Assembly: GCA_951406725.2 (NCBI GenBank)
Contig: OX597822.1
Coordinates: 25,048,001 to 25,112,000, forward strand
DNA length: 64,000 bases
Reading direction: 5' to 3'
From: Octopus vulgaris
Taxonomy: Eukaryota
This document shows positions 1 to 14,190 of the stretch, piece after piece; within the stretch, counting starts at the first letter, position 1; every line of letters begins with the position of its first letter. Under the pieces are notes generated by a model, which had not been told where the DNA came from, did no database searches, and saw only the letters and a list, made by a program, of their open reading frames with translations. A program made the position numbers and the translations under genes.

Positions 1-270
1 ATCCTTTCGGGGTTGATTAAATAAGTACCAGATACGCACTGGGGTCGATATAATCGACTTAATCCGTTTGTCTGTCCTTGTTTGCCCTCTATGTGTTTCG
101 CCCCTTGTGGGTAGTAAAGAAATAGGTATTCCGTCTGCGGCTACGTTCCAAGTTCAAATTCCGCCCAGGTCGACTTTGCATTTCATGCTTTCGGTTGCGT
201 ACTGGGGTCAATCTAGTCGACTGGCCCCCTCCCCCAAAATTTGGGGCTTTGTACCTAGTGTAAAAAAGAA
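1..270 (+). mobile_element. SINE family A, tandem partial units (truncated by window start)
   Basis: Contains ttcaaattcc B-box-like motif and central domain gtcgactttgc..ttcat..tttcgg; near-identical to copies at 7750, 9643, 56652. Confidence 0.8.
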
Positions 271-483
271 TATATTTATACCTATAATATGGCCCAATGC
301 AATTAAATACTCGCTCCTCGACTCCAGATTTATATTCTAATAAATAGTGACATTAAAAGTCTGATTCATTTCGCTCTTAGACTTAGTGTCATCATAGCGC
401 GCGAAGTAGCCGTGTGTGGTTGTCTCTAATGACGATGATTGAGATAATTTTGCTGAATGTAACGATATAATAATGAATAACGA

Positions 484-524
<41 letters not shown>

Positions 525-624
525 GTGCGTACGCTATATATGGGACAAGAACATCCAGACGGTTAGGTGATACAAGAAATGGACAGCATGTATATGTGTG
601 TGTGTGTGTGTGTGTCTGCATGTG

Positions 625-765
625 TTTGTTTGTGACTGCTTGACAATCGGTGTTGGTGAGTGTGTCCCCGTAACTAGTGGTTCGGCAAAAGGGATCGATT
701 CATTTGATTAGAAATTCAAGGCGGTGCCCCAGAATGGCCGCAGTCTAATGACTGAAACAAGTAAG
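625..765 (+). mobile_element. SINE family B 3' tail fragment
   Basis: gcttgacaa..ggtgttggtg..ggttcggcaaaag..atggccgcagtc..gactgaaacaagtaa matches the tail of copies at 14191 and 14584. Confidence 0.75.
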
Positions 766-772
766 AACGTAA

Positions 773-831
<59 letters not shown>

Positions 832-1342
832 CTGGAGACATTCCAGAAGTTTTGAGACCATTTTAGAACTAGTTATAACTGTCCTTGATTATTGCAATTT
901 TATCTTATAATTGCTGTACGTCTAATTAGCTGACCTGCTAACGTTCTTTTTATTCTAGATTGAAGGAGAAGGCTGTAACAACATTTTGAACATTCCCTAC
1001 TAAACATTGCTTGTTACAATTCCATCCTGGTAACCAACAATTTGACAGAGATGGGAGTCAAAACTGTCCTTCACCCTCCCAACAGTTCACACTTCGCTCC
1101 CTGTAACTTTATTTGTTCCCCAAGCTGAAGAAGACATTGAGAAGATGGAGTTTCAGAACAAATGTCTTGAACACAATCACTTTGGAGGACTTCCTTGGGG
1201 GCCTTCACACGATGATTGGAGCACTACAACAACTGCATTGAAGTCAGAGCATCTTACTTTGAAGGTGATTTGAATTTTGTACTTCTATCAAACTAATAAA
1301 TGTCTCTCCTGAAAAATTTCAAACCTTTGGTAATGTACCGCG
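832..1342 (+). mobile_element. Internally deleted, degenerate mariner (Tc1/mariner) transposon
   Basis: 1018-1130 translates NSILVTNNLTEMGVKTVLHPPNSSHFAPCNF/LFPKLK (mariner HPPYSPDLAPCDFxLFPKLK motif); downstream LEHYNNCIEVRASYFEGD resembles the mariner C-terminus; degenerate TIRs with TA on both sides. Confidence 0.8.
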
Positions 1343-1847
1343 TACACATACAAACACATACACGCACAAATAATAATAAACCACAGTTGACTGTGACGTT
1401 TATTTCATTAAGAGTTTACCACTCATCTATAAGAAAAGTGACAAGATATAATACGTCCAAAACAACGATCAAACAAGTTATTTCACTCTTTTCAAACCAC
1501 ATCTAATAATTCGGTAATAAGTCTACCATAATTCAAATGGCGGCGTTGGGATGAAGCGACTTATATTACAAATCCCTTCAGTATAGCCAACTTAGTTATA
1601 CAAAACTCGGTTCCATAATTAATTGCTAGAAAATCTTTGAAAACATGGAAAACCTCTCGGGTGTCGACATCAAAAGATGTACTTTGTGTACTTTGTAGTA
1701 TAATATATACAAAAAATAATCTCGCTTTAATGTTTATCGGATGATGGAGGAAGCGTGAACACCAGACGAGAGTATTTGAAATTATTTGTGAGTAAAATTT
1801 TTTAAATACGCGACTAATGCATATGTTACGTATACATATAGAAATTC

Positions 1848-1878
<31 letters not shown>

Positions 1879-2424
1879 CATACATACATACATACATACA
1901 TACATACATACATACGTACATACATACATACACATGAATAAACATACATACATATACATATATGTGTATGTCTCTTACATATACAAACGTAGAGACATAC
2001 TCATATATGCGTGTACATATATATCAACCTGTTTTTATATATTATTTATATATGTTTACATATACACACACACATACATATACATATGTATAATGTGTGT
2101 GTGTGTATGCATATCAATGTTCTACAACTTAAAATATATATGTGTGTGCACGTACTCCCTCTCTTTCTCCCTCGATTTATATACTTGTGTGTATATATAT
2201 ATATATTTGTGTGTGTATATCTGTATACATACATACATTCATATATATATATATATATGTATGTATTTATGTATGTATGTGTGCATGTATGTATATATAC
2301 ATACATACATTCATATATATGTATGTATGTATTTATGTATGTATGTGTGCATGTATGTATATATACATACATGCATAAATACATACATACATACATATAT
2401 ATGAATGTATGTATGTATACAGAT

Positions 2425-2483
<59 letters not shown>

Positions 2484-2981
2484 CACACACACACACACAT
2501 ATATATATATCCACACTCATCCACACAATTATTTATCTCAGTGATAAATATTCAGTTGTTTGAAATTCCATCAGGGAAGTATATTCTCACAAGTGATCAA
2601 CCCTATAAACTACTGTGGCGGAAAAGACTGTCTGACAGTGGGTGGTGATGAGTAGGGAAACAAAAACAGCCGTAACATTCAGGCTTTTACAAACGTTGTT
2701 AGCCGTGTGTAACACATGTTAAGCGAAATAGCCACGAGCTATGCTGCTAACATTCTTACTTTATATTTAAAAAAAAACACCAACAACTCACATATCCTCG
2801 ATTGGCACCCCGTCCATGTAGTACATGTACATACACGCTCAGATACGCGCGCGCGTACACACACACACACACACACACACACAGAACTACGTTTCAAAAT
2901 TTCATTACTAAATTCTGTAGTTCTTACTACTAATCATGATACATATAAATATATATATATATACATACATACATACATATC

Positions 2982-3063
<82 letters not shown>

Positions 3064-3376
3064 ATATATATATATATGTATGTATACCTTATCGCCTACA
3101 TATTCTTAACCTGTACGTTTCGTGTGTTTGCTTGAAGGCTGCGACTTGGAGTGGTAGAGAATACTCTCTCAAAGCACAGGGTGTTAGAACATTAAAACAC
3201 CTGCAAGTCATGATCAGGCGCTTTGCAAGAATGCTCTCCAATATCGCAGCAAATACACGAAGCATAATATACGTGAAGTATACGTGGGCGATAGTGTTTA
3301 CTACACTAGCTCTGCTTCTATTTCCTATTTGAATGAACATACATACGTACGTACATACCTTCGTATGTACGTACAT

Positions 3377-3452
<76 letters not shown>

Positions 3453-4022
3453 ATACACACATACATACACAATCAATTAATTTTAATGAGAGGTGCAAAC
3501 CTTTTCATCAGGAAATAAAATCGAAAATTACATGTTGCATCGGTATAATAACATATTGGATTTTAATCGTGTTAAACCGTTAAATAGACAAATACTATGG
3601 ATTTATTTTTGCAGTGCTTAAGCACTAATCCAACATATATATATATATATATTATATATATGCATACATACGTGTATATATGTGTATTGTAAGAGAACGA
3701 AATCTTTAGAGTATAATGAAACACATTTGTTAAGGTTTTTTCAACCTAAGTTACAAAAAATGTAGGTGATGAGTCTATTTTCTTAATCTTAATAGAAAGT
3801 GCTGAAAATAAGTATTTTAATAATGGTAAATAGCTTATTTAAATAAACATCCATAATTTTGTTTTCTGTTTAGGATTATTGAAATCACGGCAACCTGTCA
3901 ACATGGCGGCTGTAATTGGTCTCTGAGAAACGGTTAATTCGCCAATATTTTAAAGTAAATATTAAATGAGGCTTTAGTTGCAGTTTGGCAAACATATACA
4001 CAAGCACACAGACACAGACACA

Positions 4023-4114
<92 letters not shown>

Positions 4115-4246
4115 AACAGACAGACAGACACATTCACGCACACATACACGCACGCGTACACGCACACGCCTGCTTAGAAAGATACGTAGATATGAAAAAT
4201 GAGAGAAAAGGAGAGAGAGAGAGAGAGTGAGTGAGAGAGCGTGAGT

Positions 4247-4299
<53 letters not shown>

Positions 4300-4404
4300 T
4301 GAGGGGAAAGAGGCACAGTGTAGGTTCGATCGTGTGCGTTTATAAAGAGATAAATGTATGTTCTGCATATTTATTAGGCAGGTATCTTTTCCTTTCCAAT
4401 TGAC

Positions 4405-4765
4405 AATAAATATGGCCAAGCTGGGGCAGAGCCTTGAAGAATTTTAGCCGAACAAATCGACCTCATTACTTATTACTTTTTTTAAAGCTTGATTCTATTC
4501 TATCATTCTATCAGTCTCTTTTGCCAAAACACTGTTTCAGGGATGTATACATATCAACACCGGTTATCAAAGATGCACGCGCGCAGACGCACACACACAT
4601 ACAAATACATATGCATACGATGGGCTTCTTTCAGTTTCCGTCAACCAAATCCATTCACAAAGCTTTGGTCAGCCTGAGGCTATTGTCCAAGACGCATGCC
4701 GAAGATGCCACGCTGTGGAAATGAACCCGGAACCATGTGGTTGGGAAGCAAACGTTTTGCCACTC
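4405..4765 (-). mobile_element. SINE family B, diverged near-full copy
   Basis: Reverse complement matches head (ggttccgggttca..ccacagcgtggcatct) and tail of 14584-14999. Confidence 0.75.
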
Positions 4766-4790
4766 TATACAAGCTTAAGATGCGTATATT

Positions 4791-4920
4791 CTTTTCTACT
4801 CTAGGCACAAGGTACGAACTTTATGGAGAGGGCGGTGGGCAGTCGATTAGATCGACCCCACTACGCAACTGGTACGTAATTCATCGACCTCGAAAGGATG
4901 AAAGGCAAAGTCGACCTCGG
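4791..4920 (-). mobile_element. 5'-truncated SINE family A with perfect 16-bp TSD
   Basis: Flanked by ttaagatgcgtatatt at 4775-4790 and 4921-4936; internal cgaaaggatgaaaggcaaagtcgacctcgg. Confidence 0.85.
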
Positions 4921-5616
4921 TTAAGATGCGTATATTACAACAGTGTCCTATCCAAATACGTCTGTATGACAAGAAGTAAATGCATGTGTGTTTGTGTTTG
5001 TATGTTTGTGCTTAAAGTGTTTGTGTCCGGGAGTCTGTGCCTCTGTATGTGTGTGTGTGTGTATGCATCCGGGTGTCTTTTTAGCCCCTATATAAGTCTA
5101 TATTTGTGATGTAGTGTATCAGACAAATCGTGTCTTCATGAATGCAGGCGTATTTATGCCTGTGTGCGTAAATGCAAGCGTATTTATGCGTATCTATTTG
5201 CGTAAATTTGTGCGTAAATATACTTGTATGCATATATGTACGAGAGAGAGAGAGTGTGTGTGTGTGTGGAACATATAACGGACAGGATATCTTTAAAATG
5301 TGGTTCCTAAAACCACAGTATTCACGTATCAAACTTGAGATAACAGGGAAAAATTCACCATAGATAAGAGAACGTGTTCTTTTTCCTTTAAAATTAAAAT
5401 ATTAATTTGTTATTTACTAATGATGTTCATGTTGATAATTGCGTGTGTTATTTGCTAATGATGTTGATGATAATTGTGTGTGTTAATGTTGAACGGCTTT
5501 TTTGGCATAAGGGCTACTTATAATTTGGTTAATCGCCGTTTCTAGCAGAAACCCAGGCTACTAGACTAGAGATAAAGCGATACAGAGGCGTGTGTATGTA
5601 TATATAAATATGTATG

Positions 5617-5650
<34 letters not shown>

Positions 5651-5772
5651 TGTATGTATGTATGTATATGCGTCTATATATTTATATGCATATACACATA
5701 CATACAAACATACATATAGATGCATATATACACATGTGCACACACATATATACCTATGCACATATATGCATA

Positions 5773-5819
<47 letters not shown>

Positions 5820-5824
5820 GTATG

Positions 5825-5855
<31 letters not shown>

Positions 5856-5873
5856 ATGTGTGTGTGTGTGTGT

Positions 5874-6137
5874 GTGGAGGCGTGTGGCTTAGTGGTTAGG
5901 GTGTTAGCATCATGATGGTAAGATTGTGGCTTCTATTCCTGGACCGGGCGACGCGTTGTGTTCTTGAGCAAAACACTTCATTTCACGTTGCTTCAGTCCA
6001 CTCAGCTGGCAAAAATGAATAACACTGCGATGGACTGGCGTCCTGTCCAGCTGGGGAACACATACGCCATTGAAACCGGGAAACCGGGCCCATGAGCCTG
6101 GCTAGGCTTCAAAAGGGCGCATTTATTATTTTATTAT
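5874..6137 (+). mobile_element. SINE family C (tRNA head, CORE-like and V-domain-like central motifs)
   Basis: A box tggcttagtgg, degenerate B box, cttgagcaaaacactt, ctgcgatggactggcgtcctgtccag, (tta)-rich tail; related copies at 15044, 43320, 48750. Domain names are from recall. Confidence 0.8.
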
Positions 6138-6151
6138 ATAAATATAAATAA

Positions 6152-6248
<97 letters not shown>

Positions 6249-6249
6249 G

Positions 6250-6690
6250 ATTTGGTCGAAAGTCACTCGACAGTAAATCAAAATTCTTTTGTTTTCTGTA
6301 AATTTGAAAGTTGGGACATCTTGGGTTTCTAGTCGGATCCACTATACCCTATCTGGTTGGGATTGGACTCTGATAAGTTAGTAGGACAGTGGTCTGTGAA
6401 CTGGCGATAGAATATGAAAATAATTCGGCATGGATATAAGGAATGTTTGTGGAAAAAACATCTGTGAAAGAGTAAAAATAGGTGCATAGAACAAATACCC
6501 AATGAGGAGTAAAACTAAGGATGTGTAGCGTGGTTGGATGTTCCAGCTGCACTCGATTCGGTGCGAGGGTTAAATGTAGCATTAATGCTGTTCCGCCCCA
6601 GCACAGAGGAGGCGATGTTAGACTCAGTAGGTGCAGAAATTGTTGTGATCTCTGATCGGAACTTGATGAAGGGAGTGCCCTGTAGTTTAA
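6250..6690 (-). mobile_element. Possible highly decayed CR1/Jockey-group LINE 3' fragment
   Basis: Frameshifted translation PTESNIASSV/WGG..NRVQ..VFVLCTYFY loosely resembles the post-RT PxxEYASxVWG..LDRVQ..LCxFY motif series. Confidence 0.3.
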
Positions 6691-7113
6691 GCACTATGGT
6701 ATACATACATTCGTACATACATACATGCACACATACCCATACACATATATACATACATACATGTATGTGTGTGTATGCATATATATATAAATATAGATAT
6801 GCATGTATATGTGTTTATATATATATACATATACACACACATATATGTATATATAAATACACACATATATACATATATATATATACACACACATATATAT
6901 ATACATATATGTATATTCATATATATTTATTAGAAGGTTTGGAGATGTATATATATATAAGCACAGCCACGACCCCCCATTCACACACAGACATATATAT
7001 GTATGTGTGTGTTTGCACATATCTAACTATAGACATGCATATATACTTGTGTCTATATATATACGTACATATAGGTGTGTGTGTTCATACATGTTTATAC
7101 ATATATATAATAT

Positions 7114-7155
<42 letters not shown>

Positions 7156-7296
7156 GCACAACCACTCTCACACACAGACACATATATGTATGTGTGTGCG
7201 TGCGCGCGCATGACGTAGTTTATCAGACAGCAACATATGTATGTAATGGTTCATTGCTTTCTTTTTTGCCACATGTGTAATCTATCTGCCTCTCGG

Positions 7297-7384
<88 letters not shown>

Positions 7385-7493
7385 AGAATGTGTATATATA
7401 CTTATATACACACACATATGTACATGTACATACATACGTATATATTTGCATTCGTGCATATATACATTCACAACATTCTGACTATCCCCCTCT

Positions 7494-7579
7494 CCTCTCC
7501 CTCTCTCCATATCCCTCTCCCTCTCTCCATATCCCTCTCCCTCTCTCCATATCCCTCTCCCTCTCTCCATATCCCTCTC
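7494..7579. repeat. 20-bp pyrimidine-rich minisatellite, ~4 copies
   Basis: Unit ctctctccatatccctctcc repeated exactly. Confidence 0.9.
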
Positions 7580-7749
7580 TCTCCTCCCCCTCTCTCCATC
7601 TTCCTTCCTCTCTCTCACACACGCAGGCACACAAACACGTACATCTTCAAGCTGTAAGCTATCTTAATGTCCAAAAAATAAACAGATCTAGAAACAAAAG
7701 TCGGTGATATCAACATCACTAACTCTTAGAATTATCTTCCACAAGAGTA

Positions 7750-8335
7750 AGGCGGAGAGCTGGCTGAAACGTTAGCACGCAGGGCGAAATGCTTAGCAGT
7801 ATTTCGTCTGCCGCTACGTTCTGAGTTCAAATTTCGCCGAGGTCGACTTTGCCTTTTAGCCTTTCGGGGTGAATTAAATAAGTACCAGTTACGCACTGGG
7901 GTCGATATAATCGACTTAATCACTTTGTCTGTCATTGTTTGTCTCCTCTATGTTTAGCCCCTTGTGGGTAGTAAAGAAATAGGTATTTCATCTGTTTTTA
8001 CGTTCTGAGTTCAAGTTTCGGGGTCGATAAATTAAGTACCAGTTACGCACTGGGGTCGATGTGATCAATTTAATCCATTTGTCTGTCCTTGTTTGTCCCC
8101 TCTATATTTAGCCCCTTGTGGGCAATAAAGAAATAAGAAACGTTTGCACACTGGGCGAAATGCTTAGCAGTATTTCATCTGTCTTTATGTTCTGAGTTCA
8201 AATTCCGCCGAGGTCGACTTTGCCTTTTATCCTTTCGGAGATTGATAAATTAAGTACCAGTTGCGTACTGGGGGGGGGGCGATGAATTAAGCCCCCTCCC
8301 CACAAAGTTCGGATTTTGTGCCTCGAGTAGAAAAG
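7750..8335 (+). mobile_element. SINE family A trimer, full head to tail, flanked by 83-bp direct repeat
   Basis: Head ggcggagagctggctgaaacgttagcacgc; three gagttcaa B-box plus central-domain units; direct repeats at 7666-7748 and 8336-8418. Confidence 0.9.
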
Positions 8336-9018
8336 AATGCCCAGAAAATAAACACATCTAGAAACAAAAGTCCGTGGTATCAACAACACTAAGTCTTAGC
8401 ATTATCTTCCACAAGAGTTTTTATCCATTTATTTGACACTCTTTCACCAAATTTTTTCCTCTCTATCTTCCTGATTTTCTTCTTTCCTGTTTATTAGTTT
8501 TTATTTTATTTTACATTTTTCATTTGTTTCTTTTACTTATTTCTGTTTCTTTTCCTTTTCCTGCATTTATTTATATTTTTATTTTTTAATTTCTTTACTT
8601 TTATATTTTTGTTTTTGCACTCTTTTTTTGTTTGGCTTCTACTTTCCATTCTCTCCTTTTTGTATTTTTATTGTTTTTTTTCTTTACTTTATTGCCTTTA
8701 TTTTTGTACTTTGTTTTTGTTTTTTTATTTGTTTCTTGTATTTCTTTTTAGCTAGGAAGTAATCAATGGTTTTGAAAAAAAAAAAAAAACACAACCAAAA
8801 ACAAAACAAAAAGCAAACCCAAAAGCACTAGAATTTCATTTCTGATAATGACCACCACAGATAACTACATTCACGTACACACACACACATATATATCAAC
8901 ATACAGAAATTCATATATACATATATATATATACATTCATATGCATGGTATGTGTGTGGTATGTGTGCGTGTGTACGTGCCTGTGTGTATGCATATATGG
9001 AAACTTATGTGCGCATAT

Positions 9019-9134
<116 letters not shown>

Positions 9135-9642
9135 GTGTGTGTGTGTATGTATGTGTGTGTGTGTATGCATGTATGATACGCATCTATGTGTGTGTATGGA
9201 TACACGAACGTTTTTACAAACAAACATAACTGCTGGAACTCCACCATATTATTGCGCGATTCCAGAAACAACCTATGTAGTAACAACAACAGCGCCACCA
9301 GGTTTTCAATGATAACGACGGACCTCCCACGAACTCTAAGATAACAACATTTGTCAGGTATTTAGGAGACAAGAAATACAACAAGTGGGTAGCTCTTATT
9401 GTTATTGCTTTCTGGGAAATAGTCCTTAGAAACTGTTAAACATTGACAGCGCATTAAAGAATAAGAAGATTTCGTGTTTTAGCTTCGGAAACCTTCTTAT
9501 GTGTACGGTGTATACGGTATATGATCGTGTGCATGTATATATGTATTTATTTTGTGTATATGTTTACATACCACACGTTTTTGTCTTCGCTATGTATTTC
9601 AATGTTTCTTTTATTTATTTATTTATTATCATTTGTTATTTT

Positions 9643-10031
9643 GCAGAATCGTTAGCACGCCGGGCGAACGAAAGGCTTAGCAGTATTTGGTCTGCCGTTA
9701 CGTTCTGAGTTCAAATTCCGCCGAGGTCGACTTTGCCTTTCATCCTCTCGGGGTCGATTAAATAAGTACCAGTTACGCATGGGAGTCGATATAATCGACT
9801 TAATCCGTTTGTCTGTCCTTGTTTGTCCTCTCTGTGTTTTGCCCCTTGTAGGCAGTAAAGGAATAGGTATTTCGCCCGTCGCTACGTTGTGAGTTCAAAT
9901 TCCGCCAAGGTCGATTTTGCCTTTCATCTTTTCGGGAATCGATTAAACAAGTACTCGTTGAACGCTGAGGTCGATGTAATCAACTCATCCTCTCCCCAAA
10001 ACTGCTACCCTTGTGGCAAAATTTGAAACCA
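9643..10031 (+). mobile_element. SINE family A dimer followed by (TTG)/(TTA) tract
   Basis: Two gagttcaaattccgcc..gtcga..ttgcctttcatc units; further decayed units at 10115-10470. Confidence 0.85.
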
Positions 10032-10051
10032 TTATTGTTGTTGTTGTTGTC

Positions 10052-10109
<58 letters not shown>

Positions 10110-10700
10110 GGGTGCTGTGTTGGTCGAATTCTTAAAGTGTCGGAAAAATTGCTTTGTTGTATTTCTTCCGATTCTTTACTTTCTAAGTACCAATTCCACG
10201 AAGGTCAACTCCGCCTTGTATCCCTCTGGGGCTGATAAAACAAGAGTACCCCTTCTAGTACGGGAGTCGATGCTAGGTTGTCAGAATCGCCAGTGTGCTT
10301 TCCGATATTTAGTTCCGTCTCTTCCTGTTTTCCCTTTCAACCCCTTTCCCGAGTTAATTTTGGCTTTCATCCTTCCGGTGGTGATAAAGCAACAGTCAAG
10401 TACTTCGATCGATATAATAAACTATATACTCAGCCAATTCCTAAAATGTGCGGCCGGGTGGCTATATTAGCTATCATTATTATCACTTTTATTATTTTGC
10501 TTCCGCCCTGCTATCCTCTCTTTCGAGTCAAATTCCAGAAAAAAAAGAAAAAGAAAAAGAACAGGCTGTTAAGGTTAAAGAATATAATCTGTTTTCCGAT
10601 ATGTGTAAACTGTCAGTTGAAGGAATTTAGGAAATTTTCACTAAGTGTAGGAGTGGTTTATTTCAGCTATTTAACAACAACAACAACAACAACAACAACA

Positions 10701-10735
<35 letters not shown>

Positions 10736-11300
10736 AACAACAACAACAATAAAGTATATCGTTTGAACTGAGATGATTCAAAGATAGATATGAACTGAAG
10801 AAGAAAAGAAGAAGCACTGAAATTTATTCAGATTTATTTTATTTTTTATTATATTTTTGATTTTTTTTTTCGGAAATGAGCCTGAAAATTAATCCGAATG
10901 TATAAAAAAAAAAAAAGAAAAAAAACAGAAAGAAAACGGGGTGTCAGAAGGGCAAAATATATACGAATTTGTAAAACTAAAATAAAAATAAAATAATAAA
11001 TACAGGGGAAAATAGAAACTTTACTAAAAAAAAAACAACATAAACATGTGAAACACCCCCTCCAAATATATATAAAAAGAGAAAAGACTACAACCGCTGG
11101 AAGCTGACTGAGAAAAAATAAAAACCCGATGTTAAAATTAGAGTGCCATACATGAGAATAAGGCAAATATACATTTACAACAGCGACTCGACTCTTGCGT
11201 AGATCAAATGGCTTAACTTACATCTCGTTATAATGAGCAGGAACTATTTTGAATATCATTATTTTCACAATTATGTGAAAGGTTGCCACAACGCACTTAC

Positions 11301-11399
11301 GCATTAGTCCCGGATATACAAGGTTCACTATCAGAAAATGTATATTTTTTTCATTGGCTACTTTTTTTTGTCTATGTATTACATAAAAAAAAATTCCCC
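11301..11399 (-). other. Candidate 99-nt spliced exon (unverified)
   Basis: Minus strand: pyrimidine-rich acceptor ttttttctatgtttttatatatcatttatAG, donor GTAAGT; open phase-1/1 frame GIFFYVIHRQKKVANEKNIHFLIVNLVYPGLM; no homology recognised. Confidence 0.25.
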
Positions 11400-11685
11400 C
11401 TATAAATGATATATAAAAACATAGAAAAAATAAGAGAACATTGAAGTTCCTGTTCCTTCCTTGTGATTTATAGTTTTTTCCCCAGAAATGTGGAACTGAA
11501 AATGGTTTGGTTAAAACGATTAGGTACAAAATCTACTGTCCTACTACGTCTCTATCATTTTTTTTTCTTTGCGGTGATTATGAAAGAATTTGGTAAATTA
11601 TGCTGCATATAGAGACATATCTTTGACAATATACAGCTACAGACCAATACATATTCAAACGTATGTATAAACACGCGCATGTACA

Positions 11686-11728
<43 letters not shown>

Positions 11729-12005
11729 GTCTCTCACACTATCTAAATTTATATGTATGCACATGTGTGTGTGTGTGTGTGTGTGACCATACATATGAAA
11801 AATTACGATAACCGTAAGTTTATAGAATGTACGTTCGACCATTGTGTTCGTTTGGAACTCTGCATGGGATTTTCCAAATACAGTTGGTTGCTTAATCACA
11901 ACGGTTAATCAGGAAACACTTTACTGAAATATGTTACAGACAACTAATAATATAAACTTGTGTTGATCATAATTAGTAATACTACAAAGTATCATAGTTA
12001 CTTAA

Positions 12006-12053
<48 letters not shown>

Positions 12054-12162
12054 TGAATTGAAGAAATGGAGTTGAACGAAGATTGAACAGAAATCGTTTT
12101 ATTTCATTCTACGTCGTTAAACTTTTGATTAATCTCAACAAGATTATTCATCTTTCTATTTC

Positions 12163-12233
<71 letters not shown>

Positions 12234-12419
12234 GCCCTCACATTATCAACCTCAGTCTCGTCAGATGTAACTGCAGATGTATAACCGTACGTACCTACGT
12301 ACGTACGTATGTATGTATGTATGTATGTATGTATGTATGTATGTATGTATGTATGTATGTATGTATGTATGTATGTAGGTATGTATGTATGTATGTATGT
12401 GTGTATGTACTCGTTCAGG

Positions 12420-12576
12420 ATTGGTTGTGAGGTAAGAAGTCTGCTTCTCAACCACATGGTCCTGGGTTCAGTCCCACTGTGTGGAAGCTTGGGCAAGTGC
12501 CTTCTTCTATAACCTCCGGCCAACCAAAAAAGACTTGTTAGTGGATTTGGTAAACGGAAACTAAAAGTAACTCGTC

Positions 12577-12628
<52 letters not shown>

Positions 12629-12850
12629 GTGTGTGTGTGTGTATTTCTCCCCCAATCACCGCTTGACAACTGGTTATGTTAAATAAGCGGTCCGGCAAAA
12701 GTGGCCGATAGAATAACGACCAAGCTTAACAAAAAAAAAAAATAAAATAAAGAAAATAAAGAAAAGAAGCAGAAAAAGAAAAGTACTAAGGTCGATTCAT
12801 TCGACTAAAATTCTTCAAAGTGGTTCCTCAGCTGAAGATAAAAAATAAAA
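12420..12850 (+). mobile_element. SINE family B, diverged
   Basis: accacatggtcctgggttcagtcccactgtgtgg head, internal (TA)/(TG) tract, gcttgacaac..gtcgattcattcgactaaaa tail. Confidence 0.8.
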
Positions 12851-13116
12851 GATACATGAACCAGAATAATTCAACACTACATGAGTAGAGTATGAATTAT
12901 TTATTCAAATACGTTATGAACTCGGTGCCAGTAATTTCATAAATCCGATATATATATATTGCAATAGATCAAAGGGAACTTTTCAATTAATGTCAGATAT
13001 TTATGAAAGTATAACATTGAAAGTATACGTTGACTGACGATCATCGCACAGAGACGTGTAATTCTTAATATAATTCTCAGGCGAAATCAGCCTGATACAA
13101 TGTGATAAGTCTAGAC

Positions 13117-13444
13117 CAGGGGTTACCAGCTATTTTTTATCTATAGACCCTTTGACCACTATTTTATTCTGGTGTCTAAATTTGATGTCAAAAATTATTT
13201 TTATAGAAACTTCTTTCAATATTCCAGTTTTGTTTTTCACACATAAACTTGTGTAGGTTGAACTATGTAAAATGTCAGAGAAAGAAACCTAGCTGTTTCT
13301 TGTAATACATACCAATACATACATCTAAATCAAAATTTTTTCAGGGGCGCTTAAAATATTATTGTGGATCCCCCAATTTACAATTTTGTTGCGTGGACCG
13401 CTCCCCACGCCATATCTCATATGGACGCTGGTTGACACACCTTG
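13117..13444. mobile_element. hAT (Charlie-like) non-autonomous element
   Basis: Ends caggggttaccagc / ggttgacacaccttg; degenerate 8-bp TSD gtctagac / atcaagac; similar to 57842-58113. Confidence 0.7.
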
Positions 13445-13467
13445 ATCAAGACCATCGAATTACTGAT

Positions 13468-13637
13468 AGATCATCATCATCATTGTTCGAGCGTGGTCGA
13501 GAAATGGAATTGACTATGTTACGCCAGACTTCACGGTCCATCATGGCATTACGGAGGTCCTGTTGCTGGATGCCTGTACCCCTGGAGATTACATCAGAGT
13601 AGGAGAGTGTGCGCCCTCTGGTAGAACTTCGACACAA
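13468..13637 (-). mobile_element. LINE 3' end (RTE-like) with (GAT)n tail
   Basis: RGRTLSYSDVISRGTGIQQQDLRNAMMDREVWRNIV resembles the RTE-type C-terminal GR..D..A.DR..WR motif. Confidence 0.7.
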
Positions 13638-14146
13638 TTTCTATCTAACACATTTACTCTCACAAGGTATGTAAAATGATGCTTGCCAAGATGTCGCATG
13701 CTATAGTGATGCTCACATTGCACGTTCGAATCACTATAATGTGCGCCATACATCAAAACTGCATATTTATTTATGCTTGTACAGTTTAACGTTGTTAAGA
13801 CAATGAAATAATAAATGAAAAAGAAGCCAGATATGATGGCGTGTTGTATAAGTGCATTCAAGTGAATAGGCAATGACAGGGTTTTCACAGTTCATTCATT
13901 GTACAACTACAGGCTCTTGACAATGCTTACACATGACATTCCCGTTTTGCAGGAGATGGCAACTCAATGTCACATCTATTTGAAATAATAAATAACTGAT
14001 TCAAAAATCAAAATAAAAATAAACCCAAAAAAAACACTAAACAAGCAAAAGAAAACAACTCGTAGCCTATCAACAGTATGTTTGATTTTATGGTATACGC
14101 GTGTGTGTGTGTGTGTGTGTGTACGTGTGTGTTTATTTATTGTGCA

Positions 14147-14190
<44 letters not shown>

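Noticed and set aside
3876-3955. Acceptor-like ttttctgtttAG followed by IIEITATCQHGGCNW
   Set aside because: Only weak donor sites before an in-frame stop; no homology recognised
5874-5950. tRNA gene candidates at SINE heads (also 14191, 43320)
   Set aside because: A/B boxes present but no clean cloverleaf; each continues into a SINE body
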